NCBI GenBank assembly: GCA_022561875.1
Contig: JADFQJ010000001.1
Location: 96,501-160,500 of the forward strand
Source of the DNA: Bacteroidota bacterium
Lineage (GTDB): Bacteria > Bacteroidota > Bacteroidia > Bacteroidales > VadinHA17
Direction: 5' to 3'
DNA length: 64,000 nt
Shown piece by piece: positions 8,752 through 17,370 of this stretch. Under the pieces are notes generated by a model. The model had not been told where the DNA came from. It did not search any database and was given only the letters and a program-made list of their open reading frames with translations. Numbering within the stretch: the first letter of the stretch is position 1; every line of letters starts with the position of its first letter. A program made the position numbers and the translations under genes.

Positions 8752-9051
8752 TTAGAGTTTAATTGACAGTCGTAATTGTCCTCCAAAACCAAGTTTAACG
8801 TTTTTTTACAAAGTCGAAATACGTACTTCTATAATATTATTCTCTATTTTTGAAATATAAGATTTTGTTGTTCCGCATTTCTCCGCAAGTTTTTCTTGTG
8901 TCAAACCTTTTTCAAGTCTGGCTTCACGAATTAACACTCCAATTTTAAATGTATCATAACCCGCTTCTAATTTGTTACGTTTTGGAGTCGTGAGTTTACC
9001 GTAATGTTCTTCTTTGAACTGCTCAAGTGTTTTAATTCTATCATTTTTCAT
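8752..9051 (-). pseudogene. HigA-like XRE HTH antitoxin with premature stop
   Basis: [34 protein letters not shown] at 8806-8808 interrupts a frame that continues KNVKLGFGGQLRLSIKL* to 8752, a typical C-terminus for this family. Confidence 0.75.
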
Positions 9052-9100
9052 TGTAATATTCCTCCTTAATTTTTAATGCTTTTTCTATTTCATTTTTCGG
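9041..9100 (-). pseudogene. 3' remnant of a RelE/HigB (Gp49-like) toxin gene
   Basis: Manual translation [19 protein letters not shown], overlapping the antitoxin start. It resembles the ...KTPxxEIEKA tail of this family; no matching sequence is recognisable upstream. Confidence 0.7.
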
Positions 9101-9270
9101 TGCCTTAATTTATTGTCCATAATGCAACATTATCAATTACTTTTTTTCAATGAAAGATCAAATATTTAAACTAATACTTATTTATAATTGCAATGTTTTA
9201 CATGGAATGATGTTAATGCGAAAAATGCTCTGGCTTATCAGGCATGGGGTATTGATTTGTTCACGCTTCT

Positions 9271-9795
9271 TTATTCTTCAACTATCTTGCGTATTGAATC
9301 GGGCAATTGGTCTGCCAAATGAGGATAAGTCTCTACCAAACGAATAATGTCTGCCAGATCTTTCTGTCGTTTACTCTTGCGCCGTTGCTTGTCTGAATAT
9401 GCCCAAATCTTGCCCTGTATCACATCCTCTACAATTGCGACTTTCATTTCATATCCGAGCACAGAATGAATTACTGCTCTGACAATGAAATTCTGATACC
9501 TTTGATCAATCTGGAGTTGTATCCTTAAGTCAGATTTGTTGCTGCTAAGGTTTATACTATGTGCAAAACGTTCAATCTTGAAATGGACTTCAACGGCTTT
9601 GCAGGCTGTTCCAATGTCATTTATAGCTACTACAATATCAAGGTCAAGGCTGACAACAGGCTCTGCATAGGCATTCACAGCAAGTCCGCCAATTACGCAG
9701 TAGTCCACATTGGCTGTTGATAGTGCATCAAGGAATATTTGGATAACATCTTCATCGCAATTAGATACTGCCTTGAAGAATTCCTTTTTGGTCAT
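9271..9795 (-). CDS. Pol-beta-superfamily nucleotidyltransferase (AbiEii/DUF6036-like)
   Basis: YCVIGGLAVNAY...SLDLDIVV (GG + DxD) and C-terminal KRQKDLADI. Start may be 9828, 9822 or 9795. Confidence 0.7.
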   Translation of the reverse strand: MTKKEFFKAVSNCDEDVIQIFLDALSTANVDYCVIGGLAVNAYAEPVVSLDLDIVVAINDIGTACKAVEVHFKIERFAHSINLSSNKSDLRIQLQIDQRYQNFIVRAVIHSVLGYEMKVAIVEDVIQGKIWAYSDKQRRKSKRQKDLADIIRLVETYPHLADQLPDSIRKIVEE

Positions 9796-10109
9796 TTTAT
9801 TTACTATTATGTTGTCAGTCATGAACATATATTCTACGGCAAATTACAATATAATTCCAAATAAAACAATAAAAAACGGATTCCAAATACTACTCTTTTT
9901 TAATAAATATAATCTCCGGAGCCTTTTTGATATACTTCCTGTTTTACACACTTAAATTTTCGGGTTTTGTATAAGTTTGTATTTCTCTCTTCTGGTTTTC
10001 TATGTGCCATAGTTTAAAACTTAATCACTGCTTTAATCATCCGTGATTATTTTCCATTTATTATCTTTGGCGCTTAAAAATTTCAAATTATAGCTTGACT
10101 TTGCTCTTA

Positions 10110-10169
10110 TCTTCATGATTCACGACTCACGATTCACTCTTCCCTTTTGACTTTTTACTTTTGACTTGA
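10110..10169 (-). repeat. Heptamer-built intergenic repeat, copy A
   Basis: Minus strand TCAAGTCAAAAGTAAAAAGTCAAAAG-GGAAGA-GTGAATC GTGAGTC GTGAATC ATGAAGA. The first 26 nt are 25/26 identical to 15748 and 30086. Confidence 0.75.
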
Positions 10170-10171
10170 TA

Positions 10172-10564
10172 CTAGTTTACACTTCTCACTATCCTTGTCA
10201 TTCTGGTCTCCGCGTAAGCATGGAAAAAGCCAAGTGCGCCTCCTTTGATATTCGTTTCAGGATTTGCCGGGGCAGGTTCAAATGGGCTATCACTGTATTT
10301 TGTTTCTTTCAATATTGAAAGGCAATAGTTAAAATAATCCCCGGGAACAGATGCCATGATAAGTGTTACGCGACTCCCTGGTTCCGCTTCGATCGCATGA
10401 ACTTTCATCCCTGACAGATAATTGCCGTCAATAAGATCATCGTTGGCAAACCGTAATTTGTCCAGACTTGTTGTTACCAGATTGCGGTCTTTCATTAGAC
10501 CCCAGTAGTAGTAATTGTCTCCGGGTGGTTCCTGTGCGTATAAGAAAACGGCAACAAATTTCAT
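10172..10564 (-). pseudogene. C-terminal fragment of a DUF4249-like protein
   Basis: QEPPGDNYY...DDLIDGN...PANPETNIKGGALGFFHA resembles the DUF4249 C-terminal half. There is no signal peptide and no room upstream (lnt stop 13 nt away). Confidence 0.6.
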
Positions 10565-10577
10565 CCGATAAACTGGG

Positions 10578-12215
10578 TTAAGATTTTTTTATAATTTTCC
10601 CGGATGTCAGGAAATTCACCAGGGTATATGCTAAAAGAATTATAGTAAAAAAATCAGAAACTCTGCCCAGGTAGTCTCCGTGCTCAACGTAAAATGTTAT
10701 TTTCCTGTTCAGGTTTAATGATGACCGGATAACATCAGTCACCCACCATTCAGTAGGCTGCAGAATCTCGCCCCGTTGATTTATAAAACATGAAACTCCT
10801 GTATTAGCAGAACGGGCAACACTTCTCCTGGTTTCGATAGCCCTGAGACTGGAGTAAGTGAGGTGCTGCTTATATCCTGACGTATTCCCCCACCACCCGT
10901 CATTTGTGATCACAAATATTATATTTGCGCCTTTATGAATATACCGGGTCACATACTCTCCATATATTGATTCATAGCAGATTAAGGTTGCAGCTTTTGC
11001 TTTAGCCCCTGGCTCATCAAGTGTAGTTCTGTCTTTTTGTGTACCGTAACCACCGGTGGTACCACCCAGGTCAACAATAATGTTTTCCAGAAATTTAAAC
11101 AGATGAGGATAAGGCATTTTTTCAACTCCAACAACCAGTTTCGACTTATGGTATAGTTGAATATTCCCTGACGAATCAATCTGCATACCGGTGTTATAAA
11201 CATCATAATACATATCAGCATCGCTTAATTTCCTTACGGTAGAAGAAAGTTTCTCTCCTCTTTCATATCTCTTAAAAGATGTAATACCGATAACAAATTT
11301 TATTCCCGGATATTTTTCAACATAACCTTTGATCCTTTTGATGCTGGAATTTTGAGAAATAGTGCTTTCCCAGATATAATCATTGACGGATGTTTCCGGG
11401 GCAATAACATAATCTGTCTCTTCATCAACCAAAGAATCGGCAAGATTCAGGATTATACTAAGTTGTTTGTAGTTTGAGAGACCTCCGAATTTATCATTGT
11501 ACGGGTCAATATTAGGTTGAATAATCACAATTTCATATGGGTCTTTCGATTCTTCGTAGGAATAAAACAGGATGGTTGAAACAACCATAGGAATAAAAAT
11601 AAAGCCGGCAGCAAAAAGTATCAAAGTGATCTGTTCCCGTAAAACTTTTCCTTCCAGGTAATTAGTAATGATTCTAAATAGCAGGATATTGATTATGATA
11701 ATCCACAGAGTACCACCCAGAGTGCCGGTATATTCGTACCATTGAATAAAGAGAATATCTTTTGCCAGCCCGTTTCCGAGGTTGAGCCATGGGAATGAAA
11801 TTTCGGCATTCAGGTAAAAATGCTCAAACGCTATCCAGTAAATAACAAGACTGAAATATCCTAACTTATGTCCCAGGCGCCTGTGGGTTATATGAAATAA
11901 CCAGAGTACTAATGAAAACAAGGATGTATTGAGAAGAATGGCAATAATTGCACCCGCAATAGTGGCATTATAAATCCAGAAAATTGACAGCACATTCCAG
12001 ATAATAAAAGAAAGAGAAAGATAAAGAAAGAAGACCTTTGATTTGAATTTCTCCCGGTGCCGGTAAAAATATCCTTCAACAAAGAGCAAAGGAATGATCG
12101 CTATCAGAAGCACCAAACCGGAGCACCAGCTTGTCCATGCCAGGCTTAACAGTATTCCGCTAAAAACTGAGGTAAAAGCAAGTATCTTTTTATTCATTTT
12201 ACCGGTTTCTTTCAA
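10578..12215 (-). CDS. lnt: Apolipoprotein N-acyltransferase
   Basis: Multi-TM N-terminus with FPWLNLG; nitrilase triad APETS / HKSKLVVGVE / LICYES; ITNDGWWG and ARSANTG. Confidence 0.92.
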   Translation of the reverse strand: MKETGKMNKKILAFTSVFSGILLSLAWTSWCSGLVLLIAIIPLLFVEGYFYRHREKFKSKVFFLYLSLSFIIWNVLSIFWIYNATIAGAIIAILLNTSLFSLVLWLFHITHRRLGHKLGYFSLVIYWIAFEHFYLNAEISFPWLNLGNGLAKDILFIQWYEYTGTLGGTLWIIIINILLFRIITNYLEGKVLREQITLILFAAGFIFIPMVVSTILFYSYEESKDPYEIVIIQPNIDPYNDKFGGLSNYKQLSIILNLADSLVDEETDYVIAPETSVNDYIWESTISQNSSIKRIKGYVEKYPGIKFVIGITSFKRYERGEKLSSTVRKLSDADMYYDVYNTGMQIDSSGNIQLYHKSKLVVGVEKMPYPHLFKFLENIIVDLGGTTGGYGTQKDRTTLDEPGAKAKAATLICYESIYGEYVTRYIHKGANIIFVITNDGWWGNTSGYKQHLTYSSLRAIETRRSVARSANTGVSCFINQRGEILQPTEWWVTDVIRSSLNLNRKITFYVEHGDYLGRVSDFFTIILLAYTLVNFLTSGKIIKKS

Positions 12216-13103
12216 TCAGGAGATGGTAATTAGCTTTTGTCTGTTCACAAGATAAATACCAACCAGGATAACAGTGATCCATAACAAATGGTCGACAGGA
12301 AATGATTCTCCGTCAACAACTCCCCACATAATAGCAAATACAGGAATGATATATGTTACAGATGCGCCAAAAATTGCCGATGTATATTTTATCAGGATAT
12401 TGAACAACATTACCGCAAAAAATGAGCTGAAGATAGCAAGGATTGAAATGTAACCCAGGCTTGGCAGATAATTTCCCGTGTTAACTGCACCCGAGAAATC
12501 TGTAAACAATAAATAAATCCCGGCAAATGGTCCTATAAAAAAGAACGACAAAGCTGCAATTGAAACACCATTCATCTCATGGAGCTTAAATTTAATTTCA
12601 TTAACACTGATACCGTAGCAGATAGTTGCAATGATAATGTAGATAGCATAGCTGTTATCTCCAAGTGAAATGTTTTGCCAGTTATTTATTAACCCAAAAG
12701 TACCTATTAATCCCAGGAGTATCCCTGCAATATTAATAAACAGTATCTTGCTTTTGTAAAATAAAAACCCCACAAAAAGAGTAAACATAGGTGTAAGAGA
12801 ATTCAGCATGCCGGCAAGTGAACTGTCAATCCTGGTTTGTGCCTTGGTGAATAAAATTGCAGGAATGGCATTCCCGATTATCCCAATAATTAACAAAGAA
12901 AGAATATTCTCTTTTTTTAACTTATTAATATGTTTAATTGCAATCGGAAGAAAAGCAAGGTAAGATATGAAAATGCGCAAAGCAGCTACCTGATTATTTG
13001 TAAATGCCTCAAGTCCTCTTTTCATCAGTATGAACGATGAACCCCATATCAAAGACAAACCCAGTAAAACAATCCACTGCCAGATTTTTTTGTTCAGATC
13101 CAT
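12216..13103 (-). CDS. DMT/EamA family transporter
   Basis: IWGSSFIL, 10 hydrophobic segments, duplicated EamA repeats. Confidence 0.9.
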   Translation of the reverse strand: MDLNKKIWQWIVLLGLSLIWGSSFILMKRGLEAFTNNQVAALRIFISYLAFLPIAIKHINKLKKENILSLLIIGIIGNAIPAILFTKAQTRIDSSLAGMLNSLTPMFTLFVGFLFYKSKILFINIAGILLGLIGTFGLINNWQNISLGDNSYAIYIIIATICYGISVNEIKFKLHEMNGVSIAALSFFFIGPFAGIYLLFTDFSGAVNTGNYLPSLGYISILAIFSSFFAVMLFNILIKYTSAIFGASVTYIIPVFAIMWGVVDGESFPVDHLLWITVILVGIYLVNRQKLITIS

Positions 13104-13116
13104 CAGATTTTTCCTA

Positions 13117-13124
13117 CAAAGATA
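13117..13124 (-). promoter_or_regulatory. -7 promoter box for DMT-lnt
   Basis: TATCTTTG on the minus strand, 13 nt upstream of the ATG. Confidence 0.55.
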
Positions 13125-13135
13125 AATTAATTAAC

Positions 13136-13254
13136 TCAAGGCAAAAGGCAAAAGGTAAAAGTGAAGATTGAGTCGTGAATCGTGAACGTTTGGCGTTAAC
13201 CAAACCTCACGAACGGATAGTGGGAAGGATTGTGGGAGCGAGTAATCGTGAAGA
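13136..13254 (+). repeat. Heptamer-built intergenic repeat, copy B, with 57-bp insertion
   Basis: TCAAGGCAAAAGGCAAAAGGTAAAAG-TGAAGA-TTGAGTC GTGAATC GTGAA[13187-13243]AATCGTGAAGA; colinear with the reverse complement of copy A. Confidence 0.7.
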
Positions 13255-13353
13255 GTAAAAAGTTTAAAATTTTAAGGTTCAAAAAGCAAAGCACAAGGTT
13301 TGTCATACACCCAACTCGTTGCTCTTTGCTTCTATGTCCCAAGCACCCGGCAA

Positions 13354-13376
13354 ACCAGTGACCAGTAACCAGTAAC
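13354..13376. repeat. Heptamer tandem array
   Basis: ACCAGTG ACCAGTA ACCAGTA AC. Confidence 0.6.
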
Positions 13377-13471
13377 TTGGACTAATTATCTAACCGGGGA
13401 ATAACATATAGGTGCATAACAATAAAAAGGAATTTCTAAAAAAATATTAATCCGGTTAAAATATAAGGCGC

Positions 13472-13479
13472 TATCTTTG
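13472..13479 (+). promoter_or_regulatory. -7 promoter box for aldehyde dehydrogenase
   Basis: TATCTTTG ending 7 nt before the ATG at 13487. Confidence 0.5.
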
Positions 13480-13486
13480 TTAAGTC

Positions 13487-14920
13487 ATGAAGGAATATAA
13501 AATATATGTTAACGGAAGGTTTGTGACTACAGAAACTTTTCTGAATGTTATAAACCCATATAACAATAAGGTGTTTGCTAAAACGTACCTTGCGGGCCGG
13601 GATGAGCTGGAATATGCCATCGCGGGAGCTGAATCAGTTAAAGAAGAAATGCAAAACCTGCCATCGCACCGTCGATATGAAATACTCAGGCAGATATCAG
13701 ATACAATTAAGGAAAAGCGAAAAGACCTGGCACATGTACTTGCTGCTGAGTCAGGTAAGCCTTTACGGTATGCACTGGGAGAGATTGACCGTGCTTCTCA
13801 AACTTTTCTGGTGGCAGCCGAAGAGAGCAAAAGACTGCCGGGCGGGTATATTTCCATCGACTGGACTCCAAAAGGTGAGGGGAAAGAGGGTTGGATCAAA
13901 TATTTCCCCATAGGAATGGTAGCGGGGATATCTCCTTTTAATTTCCCATTGAATCTTGCGGTTCATAAGATTGCTCCGGCAATTGCATCGGGTAATACTA
14001 TTATTCTGAAACCGGCAAGATCAACACCCTTATCAGTACTGCAACTGGCAAAGATCATCGATAAAACCACCCTTCCAAAAGGCGCCGTTTCTATTTTGCC
14101 AATGGATAGAAAAGCCGGAAATCAACTTGTAACTGATGAAAGATTTAAGTTGTTGAGTTTTACCGGTTCGCCTGCTGTTGGATGGAAAATGAAAAAGGAT
14201 GCCGGAAAAAAGAAAGTTTTGCTTGAACTTGGAGGAAATGCCGGTGTGCTCATTGCAGAATCAGCTGATATTAACCTGGCAGTTGAAAAATGTCTGGTTG
14301 GCTCCTTTGCCTATTCAGGGCAGGTTTGTATCCATGTGCAGCGGATATTTGTTCAAAAGTCTGTTTTTGAGAAGTTTAGCACAAAATTTGTGAGAAAAGC
14401 ACAAAAACTCAAAGCAGGAGATCCACTTGATCCGGGAACCGAGATCTCTGTAATGATAGATGAAGAGAATGCTGCCAGGGTTGATGAATGGGTGAAAGAG
14501 GCAGTTAGTAACGGAGCAAAGATACTATGTGGTGGTAAGAAAAGTGGAACGTTTTTTGAACCGACGGTTTTAACAAACACCAAACCCGAAATGAAAGTTT
14601 GTGCTCTTGAAATATTCGGTCCGGTAATAACCCTGGAGAAATTCAGTGATTTCGGTGAAGGGCTTAAATCGGTGAATAATTCTGAGTTTGGTTTGCAAGC
14701 CGGGGTATTTACCGGCAGATTGAATGAAATGGACAGGGCATTCAACGAATTAGAGGTTGGCGGCGTAATACTTAATGATGTTCCGACCTTCCGTGTTGAC
14801 CATATGCCATATGGGGGGGTAAAGAATTCCGGTCTTGGCAGAGAAGGAATCAGACCGGCTATATTTGAAATGATGGAACCAAAGTTGCTTGTTAAGGCAA
14901 AAGTGAAGAAAGGTGAGTAA
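13487..14920 (+). CDS. NAD(P)-dependent aldehyde dehydrogenase family protein
   Basis: ISPFNFP, FTGS, LELGGN (catalytic Glu), GQVC (catalytic Cys), EIFGP and PYGGVKNSGLGREG. Confidence 0.93.
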   Translation: MKEYKIYVNGRFVTTETFLNVINPYNNKVFAKTYLAGRDELEYAIAGAESVKEEMQNLPSHRRYEILRQISDTIKEKRKDLAHVLAAESGKPLRYALGEIDRASQTFLVAAEESKRLPGGYISIDWTPKGEGKEGWIKYFPIGMVAGISPFNFPLNLAVHKIAPAIASGNTIILKPARSTPLSVLQLAKIIDKTTLPKGAVSILPMDRKAGNQLVTDERFKLLSFTGSPAVGWKMKKDAGKKKVLLELGGNAGVLIAESADINLAVEKCLVGSFAYSGQVCIHVQRIFVQKSVFEKFSTKFVRKAQKLKAGDPLDPGTEISVMIDEENAARVDEWVKEAVSNGAKILCGGKKSGTFFEPTVLTNTKPEMKVCALEIFGPVITLEKFSDFGEGLKSVNNSEFGLQAGVFTGRLNEMDRAFNELEVGGVILNDVPTFRVDHMPYGGVKNSGLGREGIRPAIFEMMEPKLLVKAKVKKGE

Positions 14921-15046
14921 GGTGAGTGGGAAAGTAGTTGAGTAAGGAAGAGTATAAAAACAGTTAAAAAAATGAATTTATATGTGGTGACAGGATAATA
15001 TCCTCAGGTTTATCTAATTATTTATTACTTTTACGATTTTTAATCT

Positions 15047-15072
15047 GGAAATTGAAACCGGTTTCAATTTCC
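15047..15072. promoter_or_regulatory. Perfect 26-bp palindrome, putative operator
   Basis: GGAAATTGAAACC|GGTTTCAATTTCC, with no spacer, 37 nt upstream of the LysE gene. Confidence 0.55.
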
Positions 15073-15109
15073 TTCGTATGAAACAGGGAACAGTATTTAT
15101 TGGAGTATT

Positions 15110-15745
15110 ATGGAAGAGTTGTATTATTTGCTAAAAGGTATTATAGTGGGATTAGTTGTATCAATACCATTGGGTCCGATGGGAATTTTATGTGTGCAAC
15201 GGACACTGAATAAAGGAAAATCCTCCGGTTTCTTTTCAGGTATGGGCATAGCAACAGCTGATACTATTTTTGCTTTAATTGCCGGGCTTGGAATATCTTT
15301 CATTATTCAATTTCTCAGAGAACAGCAAATGACCTTTCAAATAATCGGAGGGTTGTTTATTGCATTCATTGGTGTGAAAATATTCATAACTAATCCGGTA
15401 AAACAATTTAAAAAACACAGAAGAGAAGGTAAGAACCTGTTTGAAGACTTTATCTCAATTCTTTTTCTGGCTCTTTCTAATCCGTTTACCATTTTCCTTT
15501 ATATCGCCATTTTTGCCGGACTGAATTTACATGATGTATCTTCGAGCTATTCATCTGCCTTGTTTGTTGTGGCAGGTATTTTTATGGGAACATCCCTTGG
15601 TTGGTTTGTAATAAGTACAGTTGTTAATCGTTTCAGGACAAATATTCGTTTAAGGAGACTAATGTGGATAAACCGTATTGCCGGCTTAACGATTATTCTT
15701 TTCGGAGTTTTTGCGATTTGTAGTTTGTTTATTCTGCCAATTTAG
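15110..15745 (+). CDS. LysE/RhtB family exporter
   Basis: SIPLGPMGILCVQRTL, G.G.ATAD and LSNPFTI motifs; 6 TM segments. Confidence 0.9.
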   Translation: MEELYYLLKGIIVGLVVSIPLGPMGILCVQRTLNKGKSSGFFSGMGIATADTIFALIAGLGISFIIQFLREQQMTFQIIGGLFIAFIGVKIFITNPVKQFKKHRREGKNLFEDFISILFLALSNPFTIFLYIAIFAGLNLHDVSSSYSSALFVVAGIFMGTSLGWFVISTVVNRFRTNIRLRRLMWINRIAGLTIILFGVFAICSLFILPI

Positions 15746-15747
15746 TG

Positions 15748-15828
15748 TCAAGTCAAAAGTAAAAAGGCAAAAGCTTGCCACGTGAAATGCGATGAAGGAG
15801 CATATTTCACTGTGAGCAAAATTATAAT
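15748..15828 (+). repeat. Heptamer-built intergenic repeat, copy C, with palindromic insert
   Basis: TCAAGTCAAAAGTAAAAAGGCAAAAG (identical to 30086-30111), then an insert with GTGAAAT...ATTTCAC arms, then GCAAAATTATAATA. Confidence 0.75.
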
Positions 15829-15989
15829 AAGTCAATGCCTAAATAACGTTGACCTTTTTGTTATAAATTTTACCTGCTAAATTATATTACTAATTGTACT
15901 GGTAAATACAAAGTGTTTGCAAAACACAATTCTCTTAGAATCACGTAACAGTCATGTTGATAGGTTAATAGAAATATTAACGTTAACTA

Positions 15990-16013
15990 AAATACCTATT
16001 TAAATACCTATTT
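15990..16013. repeat. 12-bp direct tandem duplication
   Basis: AAATACCTATTT x2 upstream of the dipeptidase gene. Confidence 0.55.
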
Positions 16014-16131
16014 AAATCATTTTTCATGCTCATTAAAGTCGGGATTAATAAAAAAAGACAGAAGAATATCGTAAACTACCGGGAGGATTAATTATTTTTA
16101 AAGCTTATACAAATTTAAGAACGAATCCGTT

Positions 16132-17370
16132 ATGTTTAAATTAAGAACCAACCTGTTGTTATTTTTATCAGGTATTTCAATTTTACTGGTTTCATGCAAC
16201 ATGAATGAAGAAAATCTCACTGAGAAAGCAGTTAAAATCCATGATCAGATTCTCACTGTTGACACCCATTGTGATACTCCAATGAGATTGTTGCGATCCG
16301 GTTTTAACCTTGGTGAGAAGCATGACTCAAGAGAAGGTGGAGGCAAATTTGATTTCCCGAGAATGAAGGAAGGAGGGCTAGATGCTATATTTTTTGCTGT
16401 GTTTATCGGGCAGGGAGACCGTACCGAAGAAGGGAATGAAAAAGCAAGAAATTATGTCATGGAAATTTTTGATGCCATTTTAACATCTGTTGACGAAAAT
16501 AAAGATATTGCTGCAATAGCAACTTCACCTGAAGATGCATATGAGATTGAAGATAAAGGGAAACGTGCTATCTTTATTGGGCTAGAGAATGGATATCCTA
16601 TTGGCAATGATTTAAGCCTGATTGAAAAGTATTATGGAATGGGTGCCAGGTATATTACATTGTGTCATACAGGTAATAATGATATTTGCGATTCATCTAC
16701 CGATTCTGACGGCCCCGAACATAATGGCCTAAGCGATTTTGGAATCAATGTGGTTAAAGAAATGAATCGCCTGGGAATGATGGTGGACGTTTCACATATT
16801 TCTGATCCGGCTTTTTATGATGTTCTGGAAATTTCCAATGCTCCGGTAATTGCATCACACTCATGTGCAAGAACTTTGTGTGATAATCCGAGAAATCTTA
16901 CGGATGATATGCTCAGGAAATTGGTGGAAAATGGAGGGGTTATTCAGATTTGTTTCGTTTCTGAGTATCTTAAAACTCCTGAACCATTTCCCGAAAGAGA
17001 CTCTGCAAAATATGCTTTGCGTGAAAAGTATAAGAATTTTCAAAACCTTTCTGATACGGAAATGGATAGTGCCAGGGCTGAATGGTATGCTATCGACAGG
17101 GAATTCCCTCCTGAGCTTGCAACTGTTGCCGACCTGGTTAATCATATCGACCATATTGTTGATCTGATTGGTATTGACCATGTTGGAATCGGGACTGATT
17201 TTGATGGTGGAGGTGCACTAAAAGATTGCTATGATGTGAGCGAAATGGGGAATGTAACCCTTGAACTTTTGAAACGGGGATATACACCAAAAGATATTGA
17301 GAAGATCTGGGGTGGAAATTTAATGCGTGTATTCCGTAAAGTCAGGGATATTGCTGAGAAAGAATCTTGA
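16132..17370 (+). CDS. Membrane dipeptidase (peptidase M19), lipoprotein
   Basis: LLVSC lipobox; DTHCD, GLENG, DVSH, ASHS and GIGTDFDG motifs. Confidence 0.92.
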   Translation: MFKLRTNLLLFLSGISILLVSCNMNEENLTEKAVKIHDQILTVDTHCDTPMRLLRSGFNLGEKHDSREGGGKFDFPRMKEGGLDAIFFAVFIGQGDRTEEGNEKARNYVMEIFDAILTSVDENKDIAAIATSPEDAYEIEDKGKRAIFIGLENGYPIGNDLSLIEKYYGMGARYITLCHTGNNDICDSSTDSDGPEHNGLSDFGINVVKEMNRLGMMVDVSHISDPAFYDVLEISNAPVIASHSCARTLCDNPRNLTDDMLRKLVENGGVIQICFVSEYLKTPEPFPERDSAKYALREKYKNFQNLSDTEMDSARAEWYAIDREFPPELATVADLVNHIDHIVDLIGIDHVGIGTDFDGGGALKDCYDVSEMGNVTLELLKRGYTPKDIEKIWGGNLMRVFRKVRDIAEKES

